Positions 9,152 to 16,275 of a stretch of 50,389 nt of DNA are shown piece by piece. The DNA comes from a virus. Taxonomy: Duplodnaviria; Caudoviricetes. The number at the start of each line of letters is the position of its first letter. Within the stretch, counting starts at the first letter, position 1. The position numbers and the translations under genes are program-made. The notes below the pieces were generated by a model. The model was given only the letters and a program-made list of their open reading frames with translations, was not told the origin of the DNA and did no database searches. The stretch covers positions 1-50,389 of IMG/VR virus record IMGVR_UViG_3300044878_000071; one strand, given 5' to 3'.

Positions 9152-9298
9152 TTGACCAGGGAAGAAATTGTAGATGTTGCCGGCGATGATTTCGCCGTCG
9201 TTGTAGTAGCCGCTGCAGTCCAGGGCCTGGCCAGGCTTTACCGGGTCGAGGCGGTTATGCCTTCAGTGCGTTCGATCAGCAAGGGAATGAATCCATGA
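9152..9298 (+). CDS. Small hypothetical protein (48 aa)
   Basis: TTG start after GGGGTG; MTREE start shared with next ORF; ATGA overlap. Confidence 0.4.
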   Translation: MTREEIVDVAGDDFAVVVVAAAVQGLARLYRVEAVMPSVRSISKGMNP

Positions 9299-9687
9299 CC
9301 AGGGAAGAGTATTTTCAGTGGACTGGCGCCGAACGCGCTGAAATCGAAGCAGCTGCAGCCTCCAGGAACATGACCGGCCAGGAGCTGGTCGAAATCCTGA
9401 TGGGTTGCAGCGCGGAGAAGCTTGCAGAGATCGGTCAGCAACAGGGCGCGCCGCGCAATGCGGTCGTCGCCCAGGTCAGCGGGAATGTCATTCAGGTCAA
9501 CTTCAGCGCCCGGGCGGCAGCTTCTTGGACTGGCCGGAAGGCATACCAGGATCCATCAAAGCGCCTCCAGTTCGCAAACCGCGTCAGCCTCATGCCCCTC
9601 ATAGTCCCTTCCACGTCACCAAATCCTACTTCCGACGGGGTCCCTTCCACGTCACCTGACACTGTTGTTCCATACAGTAGCCGTTAA
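9295..9687 (+). CDS. Hypothetical protein
   Basis: AAGGGA RBS; 3' end carries two regulatory repeats and a LexA-like box. Confidence 0.6.
   Translation: MTREEYFQWTGAERAEIEAAAASRNMTGQELVEILMGCSAEKLAEIGQQQGAPRNAVVAQVSGNVIQVNFSARAAASWTGRKAYQDPSKRLQFANRVSLMPLIVPSTSPNPTSDGVPSTSPDTVVPYSSR
9662..9677. promoter_or_regulatory. LexA (SOS) box-like site
   Basis: CTGT-TGTTCCAT-ACAG matches gammaproteobacterial CTGT-N8-ACAG. Confidence 0.55.
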
Positions 9688-9779
9688 CTTAACAGACCGT
9701 ACATTTGCGCGCCACGTTTTACGCGTCAATAAAACGTAGCGCGACATCATATAGACCATTTTCAATCAGGGGTTATTAA

Positions 9780-10190
9780 ATGACAGGTGGAATATCAATC
9801 GGGACGGTTGAGGTGAATTGCAGCGACCTGGTAGGCCCGGCTCTGGACTGGGCGGTCGCGAAGGTCGAGAACGTGTTTGTGCATATCGGCGATCCAGAGC
9901 TGGGCGATGAGCTTCGCGTCTTCTACATTCGCGGCAAATGCCTGCCGTCCGTTGTGAGGTTTTGCCCATCCACCGACTGGAGCCAGGGCGGCCCACTGAT
10001 CGAGACGCACCAGATCGAACTGGAGTGGGACGGCGTCGACGGCAAAGCCCTATGGTGGAAGGCCGCGCACCAGGACATCGTCCAATTTCAGATGGGTGAA
10101 ACCCCGCTTGTCGCCGCCTGCCGCGCCATCGTTTCCGCGCACCTGGGCGAGGTCGTGAGCGTGCCGGCTGAGCTGGTCGAAAATAAATAA
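9780..10190 (+). CDS. NinX/DUF2591-family protein
   Basis: LVGPALDWAVAKVE...PSTDWSQGGPLIE...GETPLVAACRAIV. Confidence 0.8.
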   Translation: MTGGISIGTVEVNCSDLVGPALDWAVAKVENVFVHIGDPELGDELRVFYIRGKCLPSVVRFCPSTDWSQGGPLIETHQIELEWDGVDGKALWWKAAHQDIVQFQMGETPLVAACRAIVSAHLGEVVSVPAELVENK

Positions 10191-10230
10191 GTGCTTAAAC
10201 ATTGCAATGCAGCGTTTAAGCACCTAGTAT
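10191..10230 (+). promoter_or_regulatory. Promoter with inverted-repeat operator upstream of the TrfB-like gene
   Basis: TTGCAA-17-TAGTAT overlapped by GTGCTTAAAC (10191-10200) and GTTTAAGCAC (10214-10223). Confidence 0.65.
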
Positions 10231-10252
10231 CAGCTCGACAAGGGGGTGACAT

Positions 10253-10456
10253 ATGAGACTTGAGCAATTCGAGGCGATCTCCGAGCTGATCAGGGCTCGA
10301 GGTGGCGTCAGTGAGGAATCGGCAAAGCTGGTTCTTGTTGAAGGGCTAACCGCCCGTCAGGCGGCCGACATGCTTGGCTGTCCGACTCAGACCGTGTACA
10401 GCGGCGTTCAGAGATTCACTAAGGCGCTTGAGTTGGCGAAAACAGCCGTCCAGTAG
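10253..10456 (+). CDS. TrfB/KorA-like HTH repressor
   Basis: EQFEAI...AKLVLVEGLTARQAADMLGCPTQTVYSGVQRF resembles the KorA/TrfB DNA-binding domain. Confidence 0.65.
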   Translation: MRLEQFEAISELIRARGGVSEESAKLVLVEGLTARQAADMLGCPTQTVYSGVQRFTKALELAKTAVQ

Positions 10457-10521
10457 CCTAGATTTTCGTTTCAAGGCGGTATACCGTGCAAACCAGTCTC
10501 TCTGAAGGGACCGGACCGCAC

Positions 10522-10553
10522 AAAAAAATGCCCCGGCGGATCAGGCCGGGGCA
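10522..10553 (-). terminator. Leftward intrinsic terminator
   Basis: TGCCCCGGC/GCCGGGGCA stem with A7 on its 5' side on the plus strand. Confidence 0.7.
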
Positions 10554-10582
10554 GATGGATCTATTACTCGCGAGGGAAGTAT

Positions 10583-11170
10583 ATGTCACTTTTAAAGGAA
10601 TGCGAACAGGCTTGTCTTGAGGCTGTCGGGGCGGATCGATTTGCGGTGCTTAAGGCTTCCGCAGAGCTATGGGTGAAGGATATCCAAGCCGATAATCGGG
10701 AGCCAATCCGATGCCTGGATATTCCTGAATTGGCAATTGCAATTCGCGCAGCCAGGATACATGGCGATAGCGCGTATGACGCGGCTCGAGAATACCTTGG
10801 CGCGGTAGCAGATCTGGTATTTCCACCGTCCCCAGCTCTGCCTTACAGCCCAGCCAAAGGAAAAAAATACGAAACGCCAAAGCGGCCAGGCTTCGTGTAT
10901 GTGTTAACCAACCCTTCGCTTGATGGGATGGTGAAGGTCGGAATGACAACCACCTCTGTCGAGCGACGAGCCAAGCAGCTATCTCAGTCGACCTCGATCC
11001 CAACTCAGTTCGAAATACATGCCAGCTTCGAAAGCGATGACCCCTCAGCTGATGGGCAGAAGGTTCACCTAGCTCTCCAGGATCACCGAGTACCTTCCAG
11101 TGAGTTCTTCATGGTGTCTGCCGCTAAGGCCGCTGAAATGTGCGCGCAGGTTATCGGGGGTGCTCAGTGA
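10583..11170 (+). CDS. T5orf172/MUG113-type GIY-YIG domain protein
   Basis: GFVYVLTN..MVKVGMT....RAKQL...H..L...EFF. Confidence 0.8.
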   Translation: MSLLKECEQACLEAVGADRFAVLKASAELWVKDIQADNREPIRCLDIPELAIAIRAARIHGDSAYDAAREYLGAVADLVFPPSPALPYSPAKGKKYETPKRPGFVYVLTNPSLDGMVKVGMTTTSVERRAKQLSQSTSIPTQFEIHASFESDDPSADGQKVHLALQDHRVPSSEFFMVSAAKAAEMCAQVIGGAQ

Positions 11171-11916
11171 GTGAAGACATCAAGCGTCAGTTTCAGGGCG
11201 TATGGATACCGGCTGCTCTCTGGCTTGATGAGAGCCTGCCGATCAACGAAAAGATCATGCTTGTTGAGCTGAATAGCCTCCAAGACCCGGAGCGTGGTTG
11301 CTACGCCAGCAATGCCCACTTCGCAAAGTTCTTTGGCTTGTCGAACTCGCGTATTTCCGAGCTGATCAGTTCACTAGCCAAAAAGGGCTTCGTGACTGTC
11401 GAGCTGATCCGGCAAGGAAAGCAAATTGTCGAGCGAAGAGTTCGGGTTGTTGACCTCTTCGGAAAATCGAATACCTATTCGGAAAAGGCTTTTAACCCTA
11501 TTCGGAAAACCGAAGAACCCCCTTCGGAAAAGGCGAAGGGAAGTAATACAACTAATAACAATACAAAAAGCAGTAAAAAACCTATGGCCGACAAGCCGGC
11601 CGAGGCGTTCGATTTGTTCTGGTCTGCCTACCCCAAAAAGAAGGCCAAGGGTGATGCCGAGAAGGCCTGGGCAAAGATCAAACCTGATCACACTCTTTCC
11701 GAACTGATCATCGCTGCGGTTCTGGCGCAGAAGCTGTCGGCGGACTGGACGAAGGATGGCGGCAAGTTCATCCCGCACCCGGCTACCTGGCTGAACGCCA
11801 AACGCTGGGAGGACGAGGTAACGCCCGCCACTGACCAACCGGCTGCGAAGCCGAAGTCGTCCGGGCCTGACTTCTTCGACGAATCCTGGCGAACCGATAC
11901 GAGTGACGACCTATGA
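11167..11916 (+). CDS. Replication initiator (lambda O-like, N-terminal winged HTH)
   Basis: GVWIP...CYASNAHFA; C-terminal FDLFWSAYPKK...IPHPATWLN..RWEDE; internal iterons. Confidence 0.85.
   Translation: MSEDIKRQFQGVWIPAALWLDESLPINEKIMLVELNSLQDPERGCYASNAHFAKFFGLSNSRISELISSLAKKGFVTVELIRQGKQIVERRVRVVDLFGKSNTYSEKAFNPIRKTEEPPSEKAKGSNTTNNNTKSSKKPMADKPAEAFDLFWSAYPKKKAKGDAEKAWAKIKPDHTLSELIIAAVLAQKLSADWTKDGGKFIPHPATWLNAKRWEDEVTPATDQPAAKPKSSGPDFFDESWRTDTSDDL
11454..11580 (+). repeat. Replication origin: four iterons plus AT-rich tract
   Basis: TTCGGAAAA at 11458, 11478, 11501 and 11523 followed by A-rich 11541-11580, inside the initiator gene as in lambda ori. Confidence 0.8.
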
Positions 11917-12647
11917 AAAACGTCACTCAGCTAATCCCGCCTGCTGCGCGTGCGCTGCGCGTCAGCCAGCCATTGCCCGTGGCTACTCAGCCGCTCGGCG
12001 TGGTGGACGACCAGACCGGCGTGATCGTCGAGAAGATTTTCCGCCAGTTGCAGGCGATCTTCCCGGCATGGAAACAGGCCTGGCCCGATGACAAGGCGCT
12101 GTCGTCTGCAAAGCGCAGCTGGACCAAAGGGTTCATGGATGCCGGTATCAACGACCTGGACCAGGTCCGCTACGGGGTCGAGGAATGCCGTCGCAGCGGG
12201 TCACCATTCGCCCCGAGCATCGGCCAGTTCATTGGCTGGTGCTCGCCCGGGCCAGCGAGCTTTGGCATGCCAGTCGTAGCGGACGCGTGGCTTGAAGCGC
12301 TGATGGGCACCTACAGCCATGAGGCGGTGCGACTTGCCGCCAATGCCACCGGACTGTTCGACCTTCGCGCCTCCAAGCAGGACAACAAGGGTCTGCGCGA
12401 GCGCTTTGATCGCAACTACGAGGTGATATTGCGCCGTGCTCAGGCTGGCCAGCCGCTGAACGGAGAAATCCTGGCCGGGATTGGTCACGACAGCAAAAAG
12501 CTGGAGACCGATCTGGCCAACGACTACGCCGAACAGCGTCACGCCCGAGTTCGAGAGGCGCAGGGCATACCAAAATCAGGAGCTGACGCGCGGGCGCAGC
12601 TGCTGGCGAAACTGAAGATCAAGCGCGACAACGGGGCGACAGCATGA
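11913..12647 (+). CDS. Replication protein P-like helicase loader
   Basis: IFRQLQAIFPAW...KRSWTKGF..GI...PFAPSIGQFIGWC; follows initiator. Confidence 0.85.
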   Translation: MKNVTQLIPPAARALRVSQPLPVATQPLGVVDDQTGVIVEKIFRQLQAIFPAWKQAWPDDKALSSAKRSWTKGFMDAGINDLDQVRYGVEECRRSGSPFAPSIGQFIGWCSPGPASFGMPVVADAWLEALMGTYSHEAVRLAANATGLFDLRASKQDNKGLRERFDRNYEVILRRAQAGQPLNGEILAGIGHDSKKLETDLANDYAEQRHARVREAQGIPKSGADARAQLLAKLKIKRDNGATA

Positions 12648-13186
12648 GCACGAAAAAGACGATAAAAGTGAAAACCGCCGACCTGGTTGGCCGGGAGCTG
12701 AATTGGGCCGTGACGAATGTCGTTGAGGGCGATTACGATTTTAAGACATATCATCCTTCCGTCGATTGGAGCCATGGCGGCCCCGTGATCGAGAGGCTGC
12801 TAAAAACCGGGCAGTGGGAGATCGTTCAAGGGGTCCGAGCTGGCGAGGTAATGGTTCAGAACTACAACGCGGAATGCCTGCCGGTGGACGGAGAAAGCTA
12901 CGACCAGCCGAGCATGTGCTTCTCATCCGATAGTCTGCTGATCGCTGTCTGCCGGGCAACCGTCGCTGCAAAATACGGCGACACCCTGCATGTTCCTGCC
13001 TACTGGAGCACAATTAATTTTCTCCACACCGTAAAGGGCGTGCAGGGAACAACCACCCAATTGGCCGAGCACTTCGGGGTGGTTCGACCAAAGATTGCAT
13101 TAGACCGAATCGCCCGAAGAGGATGGTCGGTTGAGCGTGCAGTCACCGAGCCGCCGAATGAGAAAATGGCGAGGCCCAAGCTATGA
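12644..13186 (+). CDS. Second NinX/DUF2591-like protein with C-terminal HTH-like extension
   Basis: LVGRELNWAV..YHPSVDWSHGGPVIE..LIAVCRA, then QLAEHFGV..RIARRGWSVERAVTEP. Confidence 0.7.
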   Translation: MSTKKTIKVKTADLVGRELNWAVTNVVEGDYDFKTYHPSVDWSHGGPVIERLLKTGQWEIVQGVRAGEVMVQNYNAECLPVDGESYDQPSMCFSSDSLLIAVCRATVAAKYGDTLHVPAYWSTINFLHTVKGVQGTTTQLAEHFGVVRPKIALDRIARRGWSVERAVTEPPNEKMARPKL

Positions 13187-13350
13187 CCGCTGCCCAGCGC
13201 GCCACCGTCAACCAGCTCGTCGCTGACGGCTTCAAGGTCGTCGAGACCTGTCGCGACATCATCCGGCTGACCAAAGGCGCAGATGCTCGCCTTGTTCGCC
13301 CTGACGGCAGCCAGAAGCGAGCCAATCATGCCGAGCACAAGCGCGCCTAG
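13183..13350 (+). CDS. Small hypothetical protein (55 aa)
   Basis: MTAAQRATVNQLVADGF...RLVRPDGSQKRA; ATGA overlap. Confidence 0.55.
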   Translation: MTAAQRATVNQLVADGFKVVETCRDIIRLTKGADARLVRPDGSQKRANHAEHKRA

Positions 13351-13450
13351 TCCCGTGTGGATAAGCAAGCGCGATGGTTGCTCGCAAAGCGGAATAGAGC
13401 CTGCCTGGCGCGATGTCAGGCAGGATCAACGGGATATAGGGGTATATGTG

Positions 13451-13921
13451 ATGAGTGATAATTCAAAGTTGAAACAATTTTGCGAGGCAGTCGAAAGCAC
13501 CTATGCGGACCTATGCCGACATGGTGGCGACGAATGCGCCGAGGCCTGGCACAAAGCAGAAACGGAGTTCGCTGACGCTGCGAGCCCGGAGGCAGTCCTG
13601 GGCCTGCTCGCGGAGATCGAGGAGTGGAAGGCAAAATACGCAGAATGTGCCGAGTTCATCGACGAGGCGACGATTGAGCATGTCGATATCGATGATCTGA
13701 GCAGGGAAGCCGAGTTTTACAAGCAAGTTCAGCGTGGCGCGGGCGAGTTGCCAGAAGGCTGGGAAATCCTGATCCGCATCGAGAGGGATGCAGGTAATGC
13801 TGAGCTGATCGATCCAGAAGGAAACGAGGTCGATTACCCGAGCAATCATGAGTGCTTGGCCGACTCAATTTCTGATGCTATCGACGAGGCGTTGAGTCTG
13901 GCAGGCGTGGCGACTAAGTGA
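13451..13921 (+). CDS. Ead/Ea22-like hypothetical protein
   Basis: AASPEAVLGLLAEIE motif; AGGGG RBS. Confidence 0.6.
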   Translation: MSDNSKLKQFCEAVESTYADLCRHGGDECAEAWHKAETEFADAASPEAVLGLLAEIEEWKAKYAECAEFIDEATIEHVDIDDLSREAEFYKQVQRGAGELPEGWEILIRIERDAGNAELIDPEGNEVDYPSNHECLADSISDAIDEALSLAGVATK

Positions 13922-13952
13922 GTACAGGGCGCACCGCGAGTATCATGCTCAC
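13918..13952 (+). repeat. 35-bp tripartite repeat, copy 1 (candidate parS/ParG operator)
   Basis: GTGAGT-N12-GCGAGT-N5-GCTCAC; aligns with copies at 15655 and 16684. Confidence 0.6.
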
Positions 13953-13966
13953 GGATAGCGCCTCGA

Positions 13967-14086
13967 TTGCGCGAAGTGGTTTCGCCCTGTATGCTGCGCC
14001 TACGTGAGTGCTCCCTGTGAGAAGTGGCCCCAGCTTTACTAACTGAGGCCGAAACGAAAAACCGCCAATCCTTAGGCGGTTTTTTA
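13967..14086 (+). ncRNA. Putative stand-alone small RNA (about 85 nt) with its promoter and terminator
   Basis: TTGCGC-17-TATGCT promoter (13967-13995), internal hairpin, terminator 14057-14085, no convincing ORF. Confidence 0.5.
14057..14085. terminator. Bidirectional intrinsic terminator
   Basis: AAAAACCGCC-loop-GGCGGTTTTTT between convergent units. Confidence 0.8.
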
Positions 14087-14096
14087 TGCTTGCGAT

Positions 14097-14513
14097 TCAG
14101 TCATCCCGGTCAACCAGGTAGTGAGCTTTGTGCCACTCATACTGCTTTTCCCGATCCTCTATCTCGCGGTAGTAGTCGGACGGCTCCCCGTCGTAGTCGG
14201 CTATTTTCATTTTGCGCAGCGCTTCCAGTTCGCGCAGGTTGCGAGCGGCCCACTGTCGTCGCTCCTGGATCATGTCCCGGCAGGTCGACATAAACACGGG
14301 GCAGCTTTCGGTGTATCGGTGATACCAGCGCGCCATCTGCAAGAAGGCCAGCAAATGCTCATCGTCAAAGTTGCTCAGGCTGTCGCCGCGGAATTGCCAT
14401 GTGCTGCCGTTGTACAGCGACAGTACGAACGACTGAAGACTCAGGGCGGATGAGTAGTCCGAGCCGATCAGTTTGCTGCGGTGAACTGCGAACGGGTTTT
14501 CAGTGGTGCTCAT
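14097..14513 (-). CDS. Hypothetical protein, last gene of the par operon
   Basis: AAAGGGG RBS; FVLSLYNG...LSNFD core. Confidence 0.7.
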   Translation of the reverse strand: MSTTENPFAVHRSKLIGSDYSSALSLQSFVLSLYNGSTWQFRGDSLSNFDDEHLLAFLQMARWYHRYTESCPVFMSTCRDMIQERRQWAARNLRELEALRKMKIADYDGEPSDYYREIEDREKQYEWHKAHYLVDRDD

Positions 14514-14552
14514 GGCGTGACCCCTTTCTGTTTTCGTTGGGCATAGAAGTCG

Positions 14553-14783
14553 TTATTCGCTGATCGGCAGGCTTTCGCGAACCTCTCCGTGGGTTTCGTT
14601 CAGCTCGGACATCAGCGCGTCGAATGTTGGGCGATCTACCAGCCCCTCCGTGCGCAGCGCTGCCAGCCAGCCCGAGGCGACGGCATACCGATAGACAAGG
14701 TCGCCCGGGTCGGTTGAATCATGAAGCTGATCGATTTTCTTTCGTGCCGTCGCCACTGTTTGGGGCTTGTTCTGCTCGATCAT
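14553..14783 (-). CDS. Hypothetical protein in the par operon
   Basis: AAAGGAG RBS, 76 aa. Confidence 0.65.
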   Translation of the reverse strand: MIEQNKPQTVATARKKIDQLHDSTDPGDLVYRYAVASGWLAALRTEGLVDRPTFDALMSELNETHGEVRESLPISE

Positions 14784-14826
14784 GCGATGGCTCCTTTCTG
14801 ACTTGTGAGTACGGTGATGCCGGTAA

Positions 14827-15045
14827 TCACCGTGAGTTTTTGGTGAGATACTCGTCGATAAACCGCTCGATCTCCGTCGTCATGTCCGACTCGTTGCGCA
14901 TGCAGGCCCGGCGGAACTTGTCGTGTTTCTCCGCATCGATGCGAACGTTCAGGCGCTTTTCCTCTGCGACTGGCTTGCTGGCCTGGGCCAGGATCTTCGG
15001 CGCCCTGTCGGCGACCTTGCTGGGTGCTGTGGTGAGTAGTGCCAT
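14827..15045 (-). CDS. parG: ParG-like ribbon-helix-helix centromere-binding protein (type Ib)
   Basis: 72 aa; flexible N-tail with Arg, then KRLNVRIDAEKHDKFRRACMRNESDMTTEIERFIDEYL; 2 bp downstream of parA. Confidence 0.85.
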   Translation of the reverse strand: MALLTTAPSKVADRAPKILAQASKPVAEEKRLNVRIDAEKHDKFRRACMRNESDMTTEIERFIDEYLTKNSR

Positions 15046-15047
15046 GA

Positions 15048-15656
15048 TCAGGCCTCCAATAGTTTCTTGACGGCTTCAGCGAAGCGTAGCGACTCCAGGC
15101 GTATCTGGCTGTCGCCGCTTCTCGTTGGGGTTCTCCCTCTGGCGATGGCTGTCGGGTATCCGATCCGGTCGCACAGGGGCACGCTGAGAACCGGCAGGCC
15201 GTAGCCGTTCAGGGCCTCGGCGATGTCCCGACCCAGCAGCGTGTTCTGGTCCAGTCGATTGACGTACAGCGCGGCGATGAACGCTGGCCGGTGCGCCTGG
15301 TGGGCCTTCAGCAGTTCGATGGTGTCGGCTGACGACCAGATGTCGAACAGGCTCGGCGGGCATGGCAGCAGCGCCAGATCGAGCGCCGGCAGTGCATCGG
15401 CAGACAGTTCGCCCTTCGTATCAATCACCGCATAGTCAAATCCCTTGAGCCGTTTTAGGTCGGCAATGCTGTCGGCGCTGAATATCTCCAGGGTTGTCGG
15501 TAGGTTCGCCATTCCGCTCCAGCGCTCCAGGCTGCCTTGCGGATCAAGATCGACCAGCGCGACCCGGTGCTTCTGTGCCAATGCCCCGGCCAGGACGACA
15601 CAGCTTGTCGACTTGCCGACCCCGCCTTTCTGGTTGATCAGCCCGATCTTCTTCAT
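15048..15656 (-). CDS. parA: Short ParA/ParF Walker-type partition ATPase
   Basis: NQKGGVGKST deviant Walker A, LVDLDPQGS, DYAVIDT; about 200 aa with no N-terminal HTH. Confidence 0.93.
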   Translation of the reverse strand: MKKIGLINQKGGVGKSTSCVVLAGALAQKHRVALVDLDPQGSLERWSGMANLPTTLEIFSADSIADLKRLKGFDYAVIDTKGELSADALPALDLALLPCPPSLFDIWSSADTIELLKAHQAHRPAFIAALYVNRLDQNTLLGRDIAEALNGYGLPVLSVPLCDRIGYPTAIARGRTPTRSGDSQIRLESLRFAEAVKKLLEA

Positions 15657-15689
15657 GAGTACAGTGCCCATCGTGAGTATTTGACTCAC
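15655..15689 (+). repeat. 35-bp tripartite repeat, copy 2, over the parA start/promoter
   Basis: ATGAGT-N12-GTGAGT-N5-ACTCAC. Confidence 0.65.
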
Positions 15690-15799
15690 AGGATATACGA
15701 ATGTGCGGAAATCGCTTTGCTTATTCGCGATCATCGCCTATAGTCCCTCTACAGTCCCTGCGTAGGGACCAGAAAATAAACTGATCAGGGGTGATCGAT

Positions 15800-16069
15800 A
15801 TGAGCGAAGAAACTGCAGTTTGCCGAGGGTGCCGATCCAAGCTGCGCGGCCAGCCGTACTACAAGGGCGGGAACGCCTACAGCCTGGAGACGGGCAAAGA
15901 GGCGAAGAAGTGCCATTACGGCGGATTCGTCTGTTCCAGGCAGTGCGATATCCGGGCTTGTGTCGAACTGGAAGGAACCATGCCCGGTTGCCGCACCGTC
16001 AATGCCTACGACCGGCTCAGCCCGTACGCCAAGGAACGAATCAAAAGCAATTGGCCCGAGGGGCAATGA
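15800..16069 (+). CDS. Cys-rich hypothetical protein
   Basis: CRGC..CS.QC motifs; AGGGG RBS. Confidence 0.65.
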   Translation: MSEETAVCRGCRSKLRGQPYYKGGNAYSLETGKEAKKCHYGGFVCSRQCDIRACVELEGTMPGCRTVNAYDRLSPYAKERIKSNWPEGQ

Positions 16070-16275
16070 TGAAGCTGGACCCAAGCAAGTTAAGCAGTGA
16101 CCCGGCACACATCAGGCAGCTGATCGCATCGTCCGGGATGACGCAGAAGGAAACGGCCGCGGCATTGGGTGTCGGTCACCGAACGATCGGCGACTGGCTC
16201 GGCGGCAAGATCAAGTGGTCCTACCCGGCGCAGTACGCGCTGGAGTGTCTGGTTCGATATGGGGTGAAGAAATGA
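16066..16275 (+). CDS. Small XRE-like HTH protein
   Basis: SGMTQKETAAALGVGHRTIGDWLGG..YPAQYALECL. Confidence 0.75.
   Translation: MMKLDPSKLSSDPAHIRQLIASSGMTQKETAAALGVGHRTIGDWLGGKIKWSYPAQYALECLVRYGVKK

Noticed and set aside
14040-14060. CTGAGGCCGAAAC as a hammerhead ribozyme core
   Set aside because: Lacks CUGANGA and the three-stem layout
16066-16275. XRE-like HTH protein as the missing CI
   Set aside because: Only 69 aa, no S24 peptidase domain and far from OL/OR; a minor regulatory role is not excluded
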